A DNA stretch of 63,963 nucleotides, filler included, from Thelocarpon superellum (Eukaryota): NCBI GenBank assembly GCA_026025795.1. It is 9 parts of 9 records of this genome, joined end to end, with 100 filler letters (N's around TTAATTAATTAA, not from the genome) between each part and the next. Parts side by side here need not be neighbours in the genome. Positions count along the whole stretch, not along the records: positions 36,568 to 43,630 come from JAPEUG010000645.1; positions 43,731 to 50,792 come from JAPEUG010000646.1; 7 more parts are not named here. One strand, 5' to 3'. Position numbers and translations under genes: made by a program. Under the pieces are notes generated by a model, which saw nothing but the letters and a program-made list of their open reading frames with translations, searched no databases and was not told the DNA's origin. Positions within the stretch are counted from its first letter, which is position 1. Each line of letters opens with the position of its first letter. Shown piece by piece: positions 37,145 through 49,273 of this stretch.

Positions 37145-38592
37145 ATGCCCCCAATGTCCCTCAAATGCTCCTCCACGTTGTTGCGGAGAACGGTGGCTCC
37201 CTCGGCACGTCATTGCCCGGCCAGACCCGTCCGACCCCCACAATCTGCGGCCTCATGGCGACTCTTCAGCTCGACCAGCACGCGTGGCGCGGAAAGCAAC
37301 GGTGAGATCCACGACGTATACATCCTCAGCGCAGCTCGGACACCCACTGCAAAAGTAAGTCCACCCTCCTTCCCTCTCCACCTTCCCCCCCTCCGCCTTC
37401 AAACTAACCCTCCCAGTTCAATGGCTCCTTTGCCTCCGTTCCGGCGCCCGTACTGGGCGCAACGGCGATCAAAGCCGCGATCGAGAAATCGACGGTACCG
37501 ATCTCGATAATCAGCGATGTATACATGGGCAACGTGCTACAAGGATCCGTCGGCCAGTCGCCAGCACGACAAGCCAGCATCTTCGCGGGGCTGCCGGACA
37601 GCGTGGAAGCCATCACGATCAACAAGGTGTGCGCGTCGGGGCTGAAGGCCGTCGTGTTTGCGGCGCAGAACATCCAGCTCGGGCTGGCCGAAGCCCAGGT
37701 CGCAGGCGGAATGGAGAGCATGTCGCGCGTGCCGTACTTCCTTCCGCGCGCCAGCCACCTCCCGCCCTTTGGCGACCTGAAGCTCGAAGACGGCCTGATC
37801 AAAGACGGGCTGTGGGACGTGTACAACGGCGTACACATGGGCGTGTGTGCCGAGACGACAGCCAAGAAGCACCAGATCAGCCGCAAGGAGCAAGACGACT
37901 ACGCCATCTCGTCCTACCGACGCGCCCAAGCGGCATGGGAAGCGGGACTCTTCGACGAGGAGATCGCGCCGGTCGACGTGCCCTCCAAGAAGGGCAAAGG
38001 GCCCGCCACGACCATCCGCAGAGACGAGGGCTACGACAGCCTCAAGCTGGACAAAGTGGCCACGCTCAAACCCGCCTTCATCAGGGACGGCACCGGCACC
38101 GTGACGGCAGCGAACAGCAGCACGTTCAACGACGGCGCGTCGGCCGTCGTGCTGGGCAGTCGCGCCGTGGCCGCCGCCCATGGGACGCACTCGCGCGTCC
38201 TCGCGCGACTAGTATCCAGCGCCGACGCGGCCGTCGCGCCGATCGACTTCCCCGTGGCCCCGGCCGCCGCCATCCCACGCGCGCTGCACCGGGCCGGGCT
38301 GGAGGCGGAGGACATCGCGGTGTGGGAGATCAACGAGGCCTTCGCGGCGGTGGTCCAAGCGAACGTGAAGATTCTGGGCCTTGCGTCGTCGAATGATGAT
38401 GTTGTCGCGCCGAGCAATGTGAATCCGCGCGGCGGTGCCATTGCCCTCGGCCATGCCCTCGGCAGTTCCGGCTCGAGAATCCTCACCACCCTGCTGCATC
38501 AGTTGAGCCCCGGCCAGTTTGGCGTCGCGGCCGTGTGTAATGGTGGGGGCGCGGCTACTGCTGTTGTCGTCCAGAGGGTGCAGTCTGTTTGA
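37145..38592 (+). CDS. Acetyl-CoA acetyltransferase (thiolase) with likely mitochondrial presequence
   Basis: Arg/Ser-rich N-terminus, [10 protein letters not shown] / intron 37355-37416 / [40 protein letters not shown]. Confidence 0.93.
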
Positions 38593-39048
38593 TGCGGCGT
38601 TGCATGCTTCCCTCCTTGCATCTTCCGTCTTGTCGTACTAGATGGTCTACTTGGGCCATGCCGCGCCGTGCTATGCCACATGCGGTCGTCTCAGGTCAAA
38701 TGATTCCATTCAATTCAAGTACATTACGGTCCAGCCCAGTCAGTTCACTCGATCCAGTTCAGTCAGTCCCGTATGGCGAAGAGCGTAGCATGATAGACGA
38801 CATCATACCTTCCCTACCATCTCATACCATACTAGACCGTGGCGCAGGATTAGGACAGTGCAGTTGCAACTCGGTGTAGTGTAGGATCCGTGTAGCACCT
38901 GTCTCATCCCTCCCCGTGGCATACTCTCTCTCTCTCTCTCTCTCGTTTTCTTCTCCCCTCCGTAACGTACATAACTTCTTCCCTCGACTTCCGGATACCT
39001 CGTCACTCATTCCGTCTTGCCATCCGTGCTCCCGTACGCTGCCTTCTC

Positions 39049-40590
39049 TTAAGCTGCGCATGGTCAGTGCGATTTTACCAAAGGTACATGTGTACCACAC
39101 TCACCTGTCGTAGGCGTCTTGTACGTGCCAGAGGTCGACTTAGGACCCGCCTGGGGCGCCGTGGGAAAGTCAGAGGCCTTGTAGGAGCCAGAAGTGGTGG
39201 AGCGAGTGGCCGTGGATGGAGCGACGTTGGCGCTGGGAGACACGTTACGCTGTCGAACTGATCCGAGGTAGTCCTGAGCCTTGGAGCTGTAATCGCCCGC
39301 GTACGACTTGATCGTCTCCGACGCCTGTGCCGTGTGCTGGTTGGCCAGATCCTTGACCTGGCTCGCCTGCTGATTGATCACGTCCGTGGCACTCTGGATC
39401 TGTGCGTCAATCGCCTCCTTGTTGTTGATGTAGACAAAGGGCGTGATGTAGAGCAACGACGCTGCGATCAAGGCTAGTCCCCAGAAAGGAACGATCTTGA
39501 TGAGGAAGTACGAGGTCAAAGCGGCGAAGAAAGCCTGTCGCGGTTAGCATGTCACCGTCGTACGCATCACCAGAAGACCCTACCGTCACCGTAGCGTAGA
39601 TGTTCTCGACGAAGAGAATCCGTTGAAACTCAATCACAAAGAAGTTCAAGAGCTCGTGGATGTCCTCCAACACCTGGTCGACGGTCTCCTTGGGAAGGGT
39701 GTAGTACTTGCGAGGTCGCATCTGGCTGGCGAACCCGCTCGAGAAGAGCACCTTGCCGATGATTTCGGCCGTGGCCGTGGCTACGCCTGGTCAGGACTCA
39801 CTTCCGATCCAGGATGAGAGATCACTCACCTCCGAGGGTAAGGTAGAGGAGCTTGCAGGCATAGTGGACCACGGGAACGTAACGAGTCGCAAAGATCAAG
39901 GCCACGGTGGAGACAAAGGCGATGGCCGTCACTCTCGGGTTCTCCCACTAGAGCCGGTCAACCTCCGGGTTCCATCGGCAGCGAGCACGAGATGCTTACA
40001 CTCAGGATGTTGTAGAACATGGAGTGGTAGTCTATCGACCCAGGTCAGCACTCGCCACCGCTCGGATCCACGTCGACGTACGAGTGAGTGGCTGTCCGTT
40101 GGCGGCGGTGTGCGCGGGCTGGACACGAGAGTTGGCTACGTTCTGGAACTCATTCGCCGTGTTGGAATATTCCTGCTTGACAGTCTGGCCCACGGGACCT
40201 TGGAGGTGTGAGCCAAGCATGTTCAGGTGGGGATTAGGATCATGACTGTCGAGGGGTCAGCGAGAGTCGAGTCGAGTCGAGTCGAAGGCGGTAAGACGGA
40301 TGACACCTACCCTACCGTTGCTGACGGTTTCCTTGACATTTTGGGTGAGCGGGTGGTTCTGCACACCGTTCAAGGCCGACTGGGCACCTGCACACGATAT
40401 GAGCCAGCTCGATCATTGGCTGAGGTCTTCAGAACCACTGCCGCACAAGTCCATCAGCTAACAGACCCTTCGGAAGACCCTGGTCCGGATGACCTACCTC
40501 ACTGTTCGCCAGGCTGCCCTTGGGATTGGACTGCGTCGCAGGATAGTCCACTCCGTCCATCGGAGGGTTGTTAGGGTACGCCGACGTCAT
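39049..40590 (-). CDS. Reticulon-like protein (Rtn1/Cwl1 type), 8 exons; first two intervening sequences are stwintrons
   Basis: Exons 40590-40503, 40387-40316, 40198-40082, 40031-40000, 39947-, and onward. Translation includes HYHSMFYNILSWENPRVT and LNFFVIEFQRILFVEN..YFLIKIVPFWGL..YINNKEAID. The last exon has only 5 coding nt (39053-39049). Confidence 0.88.
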
Positions 40591-41586
40591 CGCGAAGGTG
40601 GAGATCGGCGGTGTTGTCGGTAGGCTCGGTCGCGAGGTATGGGTGGAGCTGGGGAAGGATGTGGAGGGTCAACGATACGGGGTGAGAGGATGGTCACGGC
40701 ACGATGGGAGATGGCAGAGCGGATGGGTGGGGCATTCAAGGGGTGTTGTGAAGGAAGGGATCACGGTCGAAAGAGAACTTGTTTTGCTGTCTCAACGAGG
40801 ACACGAAGCGAGGCCGAGCAAGTTCTCGGTACTCGTGTTGCAGGGTGCTGCACACTGCTGCAGACTGTCGGGCCACGGGCAAAAGGTACGAAGTACACCT
40901 ACAGGCACAGGCCAACACAGGCGAGGCGAGACCGGTCAAGAGTGTTGTGTCGTGTGCTCCTTGTCCCTAGTGAAAGTTCGCTATCACCCACCAAACACCC
41001 GAAAGCCCCGACAACCCCGACCATCGCTCAACCTAAGACCGGACTTCAACACGCGAGATTGTCACTGGTACTTCCCCAAGATGACGCCACCGGTCGTGTC
41101 GCCGTCTCTACACAGGCCGCTCTGTCAAGATTGGTGGCATGCAAGTGACGGTCTACTGATCCTGCCTACATCCCGCACCATGCGTACCTCCTGTACCTCT
41201 GACTCCGACACCCAACTCATCGGTGTGGTGTCGTCGCATGTGATTTGTGGCGCATGATCGGTGCCTGCACGCCGTCGTCGCGGCCACTGTGGCACTCTAC
41301 CCGTAGGATTATACCCGACTTCACGTAACACAAGGTGTAGTGCCCTGGTACCCGGACACATGCCCTTCCGCTCAAAACATGGGATATCTTGATTTCATAC
41401 CAACGTAAGAATGGCCTGCCTTGCTCTTTGTCGTTTGTGCCCCGTCTTGGTGTCCCTCCGCTACCAAAGGGAAACTTGGGCTCATGCAGCTTACATCTCG
41501 TCGCACGCAATGGCACAAACGCCCTGCTATGGAAAAGTGTCCGACCATCGACATGGACACGGCATCCTGGATCGGAGCCGCAGGAC

Positions 41587-42378
41587 CTAGACCAATCCGT
41601 CGTAGAGCGACAGGGCCGACACGATGGTCTCGTCCCGCTTGCTCCCCTCCTTGAACTCTTCCATGTCCAAGCTCCCATTCTTGTCCTTGTCCATCATCGC
41701 AAAGATCTTCGTCACCCGCTTCTCCGGCGTGTCCTCATCCTCGGGGAGCTTGACCATGGAGCCGACCTAGACGCGCTCGCGTTAGCCATGCTTGTCGTCA
41801 TCGCCACGCACGGTGCCGTCAGCGCGCATACCATCTTGTAGATGGCCTCGACAATGGCCAGCATCTCGTCATATGTGATTTTGCCGTCGCCGTCAATGTC
41901 GTACAGCTGAAAGGCCCAGTCGAGCTTGTCTTCCATCTTGCCGCGCGATGTCACCGACAGGGCGCAGATGAACTCCTTGAAATTGATCGCGCCCGACTTA
42001 TCTTCGTCAAAGACTCGGAAGACATAGTCGGCGAATTTGGACGGGTCGCCAAAGGGAAAGAACTGCTTGTAGATCTTCTGAAACTCTTCTCTGGTCAGGT
42101 TGCCCGACGGGCAGTCCTTGAGAAAGCCTAGTGGGTCGCGATCACGCATGAGCAGGGCCCTCTCCAGTCACCTGACGGGGACGAGGACGAGGGCGAGGGC
42201 GAGGACACACCCTTGTACCACTGCTGCAGCTCCTTCTTGTCAAAGTGAGTGGATTGTTGGAGTTCCGTCAACTCCTGCTGCGACAACTTCGACTGCCTAG
42301 AAACGTGGCGCAGCGGCGTCAGCGCGGGCCGCTACATCGCCATCACGCCTGGAGTGGGGCGACGTACTTTCCTCCCAT
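41587..42378 (-). CDS. FRQ1: Neuronal calcium sensor / frequenin
   Basis: MGGKQSKLS (myristoylation Gly2; 11-nt first exon), [22 protein letters not shown] hands [12 protein letters not shown] and [13 protein letters not shown]-terminal ALSLYDGLV*. Confidence 0.95.
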
Positions 42379-43732
42379 GATCACGGCGGCGCGGATGAGG
42401 TCGATGAAGGGTGGCGCGCGGACAGGAGGCGACACGGCGACGGGTCCCCGATGATGGTCGAAGGGTGCAGGGTCGTGGAGGCGCGAGGGTAGGATGTCGA
42501 ATGCGCTGACGGCTGTTTATGTACGAGCCTCTCCTGCGCCGTAACCAACGAGTACTCGTAGATGAAGCCAAGAATAGTTGCCTTGTTAGCGCGGGGTATC
42601 CGGGCGTTGGCGGGCTCCGGGCTCCTGGGCTCCCGGGCTCCCTCTACCGGCCGATAACTTGCGCCGAGCCTATCACCTCCAGTACGAGTATGTTACCGAT
42701 CGACGGTGGCTCGGGGCATACTCTACGGGCGGGCGACGAGCGGGACAATTTGGGCTGGGCCAGGTGCACGGCATACCGCGAGAAGAGTGGAGAACGGGCC
42801 ATGCCAGCGACGTGCCGCCGGTACGAGTATTCGTACAAGCACTCGTATGGTTCGCGTCGCACCATGCCCCCTGGGCGTCAAGAGACGACACAGCCGACGA
42901 GGCTCCCTCTGGCTCCGTTCCTGCCTTACTTGTACTCGGTCCCGCGGTTACGGGCACTACTTCTCTACTCCTCGGCCCTCTGCCTAGTCAGACCCGATGG
43001 ATGGCCACGCGAATAACCGTGCATGAGAGCCTGGCCGGCGACGCGGCTCGACGGCGTACCTACTTCCTGCACGAAGTGGATTCATGTATTCAGTATGCAT
43101 GACTCCAGAAATCATCCGGCTGGTGGGTCGGCGGGTCGGCGGGTCGTGGGGCCGCCCGATTGCTTGCTCGATAGCGGGCTAGAGATAGCTATGCGAAGGC
43201 CGGCAGCATGGAAACCGTCAGTCACCAGGCCGTTATTCGGCAGTGGACGCTGTTGGGGAGCATTGGAGTCACGGGTCGATGATGGTCGGGCACTTCGGGG
43301 TTTTCCACGGCGACGCTGTAAGTTACTAACTTAGTGTAGGAATCAGAGCTGAATTGCTAATCTACGCGTAGTCGGGATAGTTATAGGATTGGGCACGTGA
43401 CCAAGTCACATGCGCCCTCCTACATTAGTAGGTTTGTCAACTTTCTCCCACATGCTCGCACCACGGCACCGTGGAGGAGCTCTAGGCGCTTAGCCGCAGC
43501 CACAGCAGTACAGTGACCCAAAACGTCCAAAGCTGCAGCAATAGCGACTCCAGAAACAAAGACGATGGCTGATGATGAAGCTATCTTCAGCCTGCTCGAC
43601 CTCTTCCGCCACAGCCAAGATGGATCGCATNNNNNNNNNNNNNNNNNNNNNNNNNNNNNNNNNNNNNNNNNNNNTTAATTAATTAANNNNNNNNNNNNNN
43701 NNNNNNNNNNNNNNNNNNNNNNNNNNNNNNAA

Positions 43733-43909
43733 GCGGCCGTGAAAGCCGACGCAGAGTTGGCAGGGATGGGCCTGCACTACCCGGCGCCACTGTTCGACTA
43801 TTGGGTCAATCTGTGTCCGGGCCAGGGCAGCCGGACCATCCGAAGCGAGGAGGCCCTTTGGATTGGTCTGGCGGGCTTGAGGGCGCTGTCAACACCGGGT
43901 GGGACATGA
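43733..43909 (+). CDS. SPOUT1/C9orf114-like (DUF171) RNA methyltransferase, 3' end
   Basis: Hand translation: ..FDYWVNLCPGQGSRTIRSEEALWIGLAGLR..*; the GQGSRTIR(T/S)EEA motif is the family signature. Confidence 0.8.
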   Translation, partial: AAVKADAELAGMGLHYPAPLFDYWVNLCPGQGSRTIRSEEALWIGLAGLRALSTPGGT

Positions 43910-44497
43910 CTCGCTTGCGGGATGAATGTGACATCGTACATACCTCCTGCGCTACCCAATCGTGCCAATGTGATGTGGAATGCATGATGGACCGTTCTGC
44001 GATACGCGAGTCGTGCTCCCGTGCCCCCTCTCCTCCCCTCGCCCTCGCCCTCGCCCTCGCTCTCGTACTCCTTTTTGGAGACCAATGAAGCTCCGTCGAC
44101 CAGGCCTACCAGGTCTGGCCTGCGCTGAAAGACCGAGCGAGCGAGCCTGCGAGTCCCTGACAGGACGCCTGGGTCACGGCCGTCTGTACAGCGCCGCGAA
44201 CCCCGCTGTCTGAGCAGCTGATTGCCAGATGTGACGAGGGGGCCGGGGAGTCGCTCGATGGTCCGTGAGCGTAGGCGAGGCGATGATGGTAGAGAGTCTG
44301 ATCGGCCGAGACGGAACGGATATAAACCTGCTCTCCTCTAGGTCAAGCCGGGTCGTAGCCCGTACGGCTCTCTGGCCTCTCGCTCTGCACCGCCTACAGG
44401 TGATCCATCGTCCACGCTGTGGCCTACATCCTACGAAGCCAACCGTCGAGCCCTCGGTCGTACCGTCGTCGACGTGTGCCCCCAACCGCTATCCAAC

Positions 44498-44801
44498 ATG
44501 AGCTGGTCCCATTATCCCAGACCTTCTGCCGGGTGGGCCATGTTCTGGTTCTGCGTGAGTTATCCTCGCTCCCTCCCTACCGCACCTCCTGTCTCCTTGG
44601 GAGATGTGTGGGTTGGAGCTTGCTCTGACACCTTTCCAGAAGCACTGCCTGCGCCAGACGACCCTGCTGGACCAGACACCCAAGGCCGAGGCGGACCAGT
44701 ACATGTGCCAGTTCTGTGGCAAGCAGGCGGAGAAGGAGCTCGGAGAGGGTCCGTTGGCGCCCATGGGCCCCATCACGCTGGGCCAGTTCAACGGCATCTG
44801 A
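44498..44801 (+). CDS. Hypothetical 72-aa zinc-ribbon-like microprotein (2 exons)
   Basis: Exon 44498-44554, intron 44555-44639 (GTGAGT..CTGAC..CAG), exon 44640-44801. Splicing creates CKHC and keeps CQFC. Confidence 0.6.
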
Positions 44802-44947
44802 AGCCCTCCGGGGCCAGGCCATCCATCTTCCCACTTCTGCCTGCCGTGCCAGAGCACGGAGCAGCTCCAGCCGAGAACACTATAGCTAGGGGGTACGAAT
44901 GGAAAGGAACAAGCCGTTTCTACGGGAAGGCCGTAATGGGTGAGGCT

Positions 44948-46754
44948 TTACTGAAAGAGAGCAGCGTCCTCCGCGTCCCGTACGATTCTGGGTGCTTCCA
45001 GATCGACGTGATTCGTAGCGTCCGGAGGAGACAGCTCCGTAGCAGGAACGACGGGTGAGCCGGGAGGCATCATCCACCCATCCATAGCAAGTCCTTCAAG
45101 TCCTTTGAAGCCGTCTTCGACCACCCACATCTGTCTGCCGTGCCAGAGCACGGAGCAGCTCCAGCCGAGAATAAGAAGACCGGGCGGCCGGCTACCCTCT
45201 TCTTCGACCGCGGCCTCCACGAACTCGAGCGTGGTTCGGATGACTCGCTGATCAGGGCAACTGGCACGCTCGACGACGGCACAGGGCGTCTCTTTGGGCC
45301 ATCGACTGCCCGCGTCATTCGTCGTGTTTGTCCTCACCAGCGACGACACCAGAGCCGAGAGTCGGTGCAACGCCATCAGGAAGATGACGGTCTGGTGAGG
45401 GTTATGCACAGGCGGATCTGGGGCCGCTCCTTTCTGTCCAGTTCCCGTGCAGATCAGGACTTGGTCTGCCACCGCGCGATGCGTGGGAGGGATCTGGGCA
45501 AATAGGGGCGCACTGAGAGCACTTGTAATACCTGGTAGCACGGTAACGTCAAAGCCGTGTTGTCGGAAAAAGTCATACTCCTCCGCTCCTCGGCCATAAA
45601 GATACGGATCCCCTTGCTTGAGCCGGACCACGATCCGGCCTGCCTGGACTCCTGCGAGTCCCATCTGCAGAAGCTCCTCTTGTGCATTCTCCGCATTTCC
45701 GGGAAACTTGCGGGCAATGTGCACGTCCGTTCGACGCGGGACGAGGGCCAGCACCGCCGCCGGCACCAGTTTGTCCGCGAGAATCAGATCGGCTATTTTG
45801 ATGGCCTTGAGCGTGGCCGTGGTCAGTAGCTCTGGGTCTCCCGGACCGGTACCGGCGAGGATGACGCGACCTTTCCGTCGTGGTGGTCGCGCTCTCGTCG
45901 GCACAAGCTCGGCTCCCACCCGATGGACTGACGGCAAGTTCTCTTCGATGTAGTTGCGAAGGACATGATCCACGTCCTCATCGGTAATGGTCGCCAGACG
46001 ATTCAATGGCCAATACTCGCAGATCTGACTGAGCCATCGCAGCCGCCTGCCGCGAGCGGCATCCTGATCTTCCTGGCTGATTAGTCGGTTGAAGCGTGGT
46101 CCCTGGCCCGTCTCGTCCGCATCATCCTCCAGCCCCATCGCACCCTCGGCCACCTGATCCTGCTGCCAAATTCGTCGACGCATGGTACCGAGACGATCGC
46201 ACGCATCGCCCAGGTTGGAGGGAAGGGCGGAGGCGATTTCTCGGCGGATCCGGGATGCTAATTTACAGCCTCTGCCCGACGTTGTGACACCGACCTGAAG
46301 GGGGCCATCGGAATAGGTGGAGAGCAGCGTAAAGGAGCAGAGACGCGGAGTATCAGCCACATTGACGGGAATTCGAAGTCGTCGGCAGAGGTGGGCGATG
46401 TGAGGACCTGACTCGTCAGCCTCTCTTCTACCGGCGTGGAGATCTCGCAGTCATACTCAAAGGATGAGCTCCTCCCAAGGTCACGAAGACGGCATCGACA
46501 ACATGATCAACCTCTTCACGACCAAGCGTGGTTAAAAGGTCATCGCTGAATGATGTCTTCAACCACTGCATCTGACCTTGGTCGATCTTCTCTTGCACGC
46601 CAAAGGGGATGGTCGCCTCTGCTGTGGCGACCAAGACGGGTTTGGCGCCGACCTCGAGAGAACGTCGGCAGCGAGCTGCTGCCAGCGAATTGCACCCTAC
46701 GATAAGGTGGATGTGGGCCGCAGCATCGACAGCGGTCAGCAGAGCCACCGGCAT
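44948..46754 (-). CDS. MET1: Uroporphyrinogen-III C-methyltransferase (siroheme synthase-like Met1)
   Basis: N-terminal CysG-like domain, intron 46408-46456, LAGTGPGDPELLT, ADKLV, VRLKQGDPYLYGRGAEE, LPGITSA, ERASCPDQRVIR. Confidence 0.93.
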
Positions 46755-47333
46755 TCCGTCCGATGAGCCTGGCCGGAAGCCGACCGAAGGAGGAAATCAC
46801 TGGGAGGATCCTAGCTTGGCTTCCGCCCAGTGTTTTGGCAGCCATGAGAGAGGATTGTCAACAGAAAATGGATCCCTTTGTGCTGCTGATCGCGCAACAT
46901 GCTAAATGTCTCTCGGAGTGTTTGATTCGATAAGCCGGCTACGGAAAGGGCTAGAGGCGAGGGGCACTCGTACGAACTACTCCCGTACCCTTCTCTTTGC
47001 ACCTCTCTTGCAATGCGTTAATAAGCCCTCTTACGTCACTCCCGCCTGACGCCACCAAGCAAACATGCGCACGAGCGGGTGCATACGGGATAGATGACGC
47101 CCACTCTTTCAACATCGACCATCTGAACATTGACGATGGCCAAATCTTTCTTTCCCCAGACACGTCCCTGAGGATACACGGCTTTCAGAAGTGTACATGA
47201 ACGGAGACGCTGTCCAATCTTCGGGTGACCGTAGCGATCGTGAGTATTTTGCTCCAAATCATAGGTAATAAGTAACAAATTATAGGAAGGCGTGCTCCAA
47301 TATTCTTTCGCACTCAACGGAGGTGGTGAAGCT

Positions 47334-48276
47334 TCATCGTGATCTCTCGAACGATGTCGCGTCCTCGTCCTTCACCGCTCGTTCGTGGTCGACGAAGCTG
47401 CCGCGGTGCCGGTGCGATCTCCGGCGGCGGAAAACGTGACGGGAGCTTCGCGTCGACTCCCGGCTGCCTGTAGCGAGGATGCCAAAGTAGAGTACCGTGG
47501 AGATGAAGAGACAGGCCACCGCTGCCCACATAAAGCCAAAGGCTTTTTGACCTATGGAAGCCGATTGATTATTGGAATTGAACCGGTCGCGACCGATTAC
47601 GAAGCAGGCACTAGGACAGTCACCCCATCAGCTGTGTCGCCCTCGCTCTGAATCGTTGGAAATGGTACGCACGTCATGAGCGCGCTTCCCGCCGTCTGCC
47701 AGAAGAGGGCAAAGCCGGTGGCCAGGCCGGAGAAGACCCCACCAATTCGGAAGCATGCGGCGCTGAGCCCCAGGAAGAGCGAGAGGACGGCGAAGAAGAG
47801 GCCAATGAGGGTAAAGGCGAAGAAGAAGCGCGACAGGTAGTAGAACTCGTGCGTCCTATTAGGGTGTCAGCCAGATGAACCACGTGGGCACCAGGAACCA
47901 TTACTGACCCAATAAAGGCATCAGGAATGCCATCGGTCCCCCCGAAGTTACGCGGTGGATCGAAGGGATAAGCCGCGGCGACGGAAGTGCAATCGGCATT
48001 ATAGCCGCTGCTCCCATCACAGTAGTTCCAGAACGTCCAGTCTGTTGTCTTTGGTGCTCCCTTGATACCGGACGTATCCACTCGAAGGAAGTAGATTTGG
48101 TCCTCCGGAGACCCGGTCACGGCACCACCGAGCAACACGAGAAAGATGAGGAGGATCGCCCCAGCGGTGAAGACGAGCGACGTCACCGCGATCAGCGGCC
48201 CTATGTTACTGTCAGAACTGATCTCGGCAGGGGTGGCGGACGTCATTGCGACCGGTGGGCACATACTGGCCACCAT
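47334..48276 (-). CDS. SUR7/PalI-family tetraspan membrane protein
   Basis: 10-nt first exon ATGGTGGCCA; IYFLRVDTSGI..WTFWNYC..C..YPFDPPRNF; three introns; MWAAVACL TM4 and a basic tail. Confidence 0.88.
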
Positions 48277-49273
48277 TGTGCGTCACGACCTTGTCTCGCT
48301 AGCAAATCGGAATGGTTGTGTTTGGCTTGATTCCCTCTTGCACCGATCGCGGGGTCTGGTGCTCGCGTCAGCGAGACCGATTGAAGGAAGAGGTCTCGGC
48401 GGAACTTCGAATGTCACTTACTTGGTCGCCGTAAGATTTAGACTCTACAAGAGAGAGGTGGAGGCGGAGGTGGAGGGGGTTGGAGGTGGTGCGGTGCGCA
48501 GGAGTGTGGGCATCGAGCACGACCGCGGGCTTTTACGAGAAGTGGGCGGTCAGTCGTGCCGGTGACGACAAGCGGAGATCGAGTACCGGGGGAGCTTCTG
48601 GACCATGGATGTAGCGCGCCCGGTCATACCAGCCCGCACGGCCGGCTGCGGTGCGCGCCAACCAGCAAGTCCTCGTTTCCCGCTGCAGCCAACTCCACTG
48701 CGACCGCTGCTCCGCTGTTCCGCTCGTGTGGCGTCTCGGCACGGTCTTGACCGCATCAAGGCTGGGAGGACGGAGCGAGAGCAACGCATCTGTTGTGGTG
48801 GACCAAGCTCGGCCTTCCCTAAGTCGCGCGAGCCCAGCGTCGGCTCTTTAGCCTCCCATACGTCATTATTCCTTGTGACGGCCGGTCGCCCACATAACAA
48901 CGGCGTTGCGGAACCGGTCTCTCGAGCGACCCGATCATCTGCCGCGCCACACGATCTGGATGTAGCCTAGATCTTCTTCATCGTGACGTGAGACGCCAAT
49001 GCGACATCATCGTGATCGACCTGCACCCATCGCCTTGGCTCGGACCGCTGCTTCTCCAAGTGGGGGAGCAGTGGCCGGCCAAGCTTCATGCGGGCCACAC
49101 GTCGCTCACTCGCCCTACCACTCCCCGTAGCTTCCGAATGCTTTCGTAAACGATCATACCTGTAATCGGCTAGCGAAGTGGATGCGCGGGTGAAGCCGTC
49201 GTCTTTCGCCGCCGCCAATCAGCTTGCGGCCACTTGGAGGTCGATGCTGGTGGGCGGCCATCAGCTGCACAAC

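Noticed and set aside
43565..43630. ATG before the spacer as the start of the SPOUT1-like gene
   Set aside because: It lies on a different contig, so there is no evidence of linkage.
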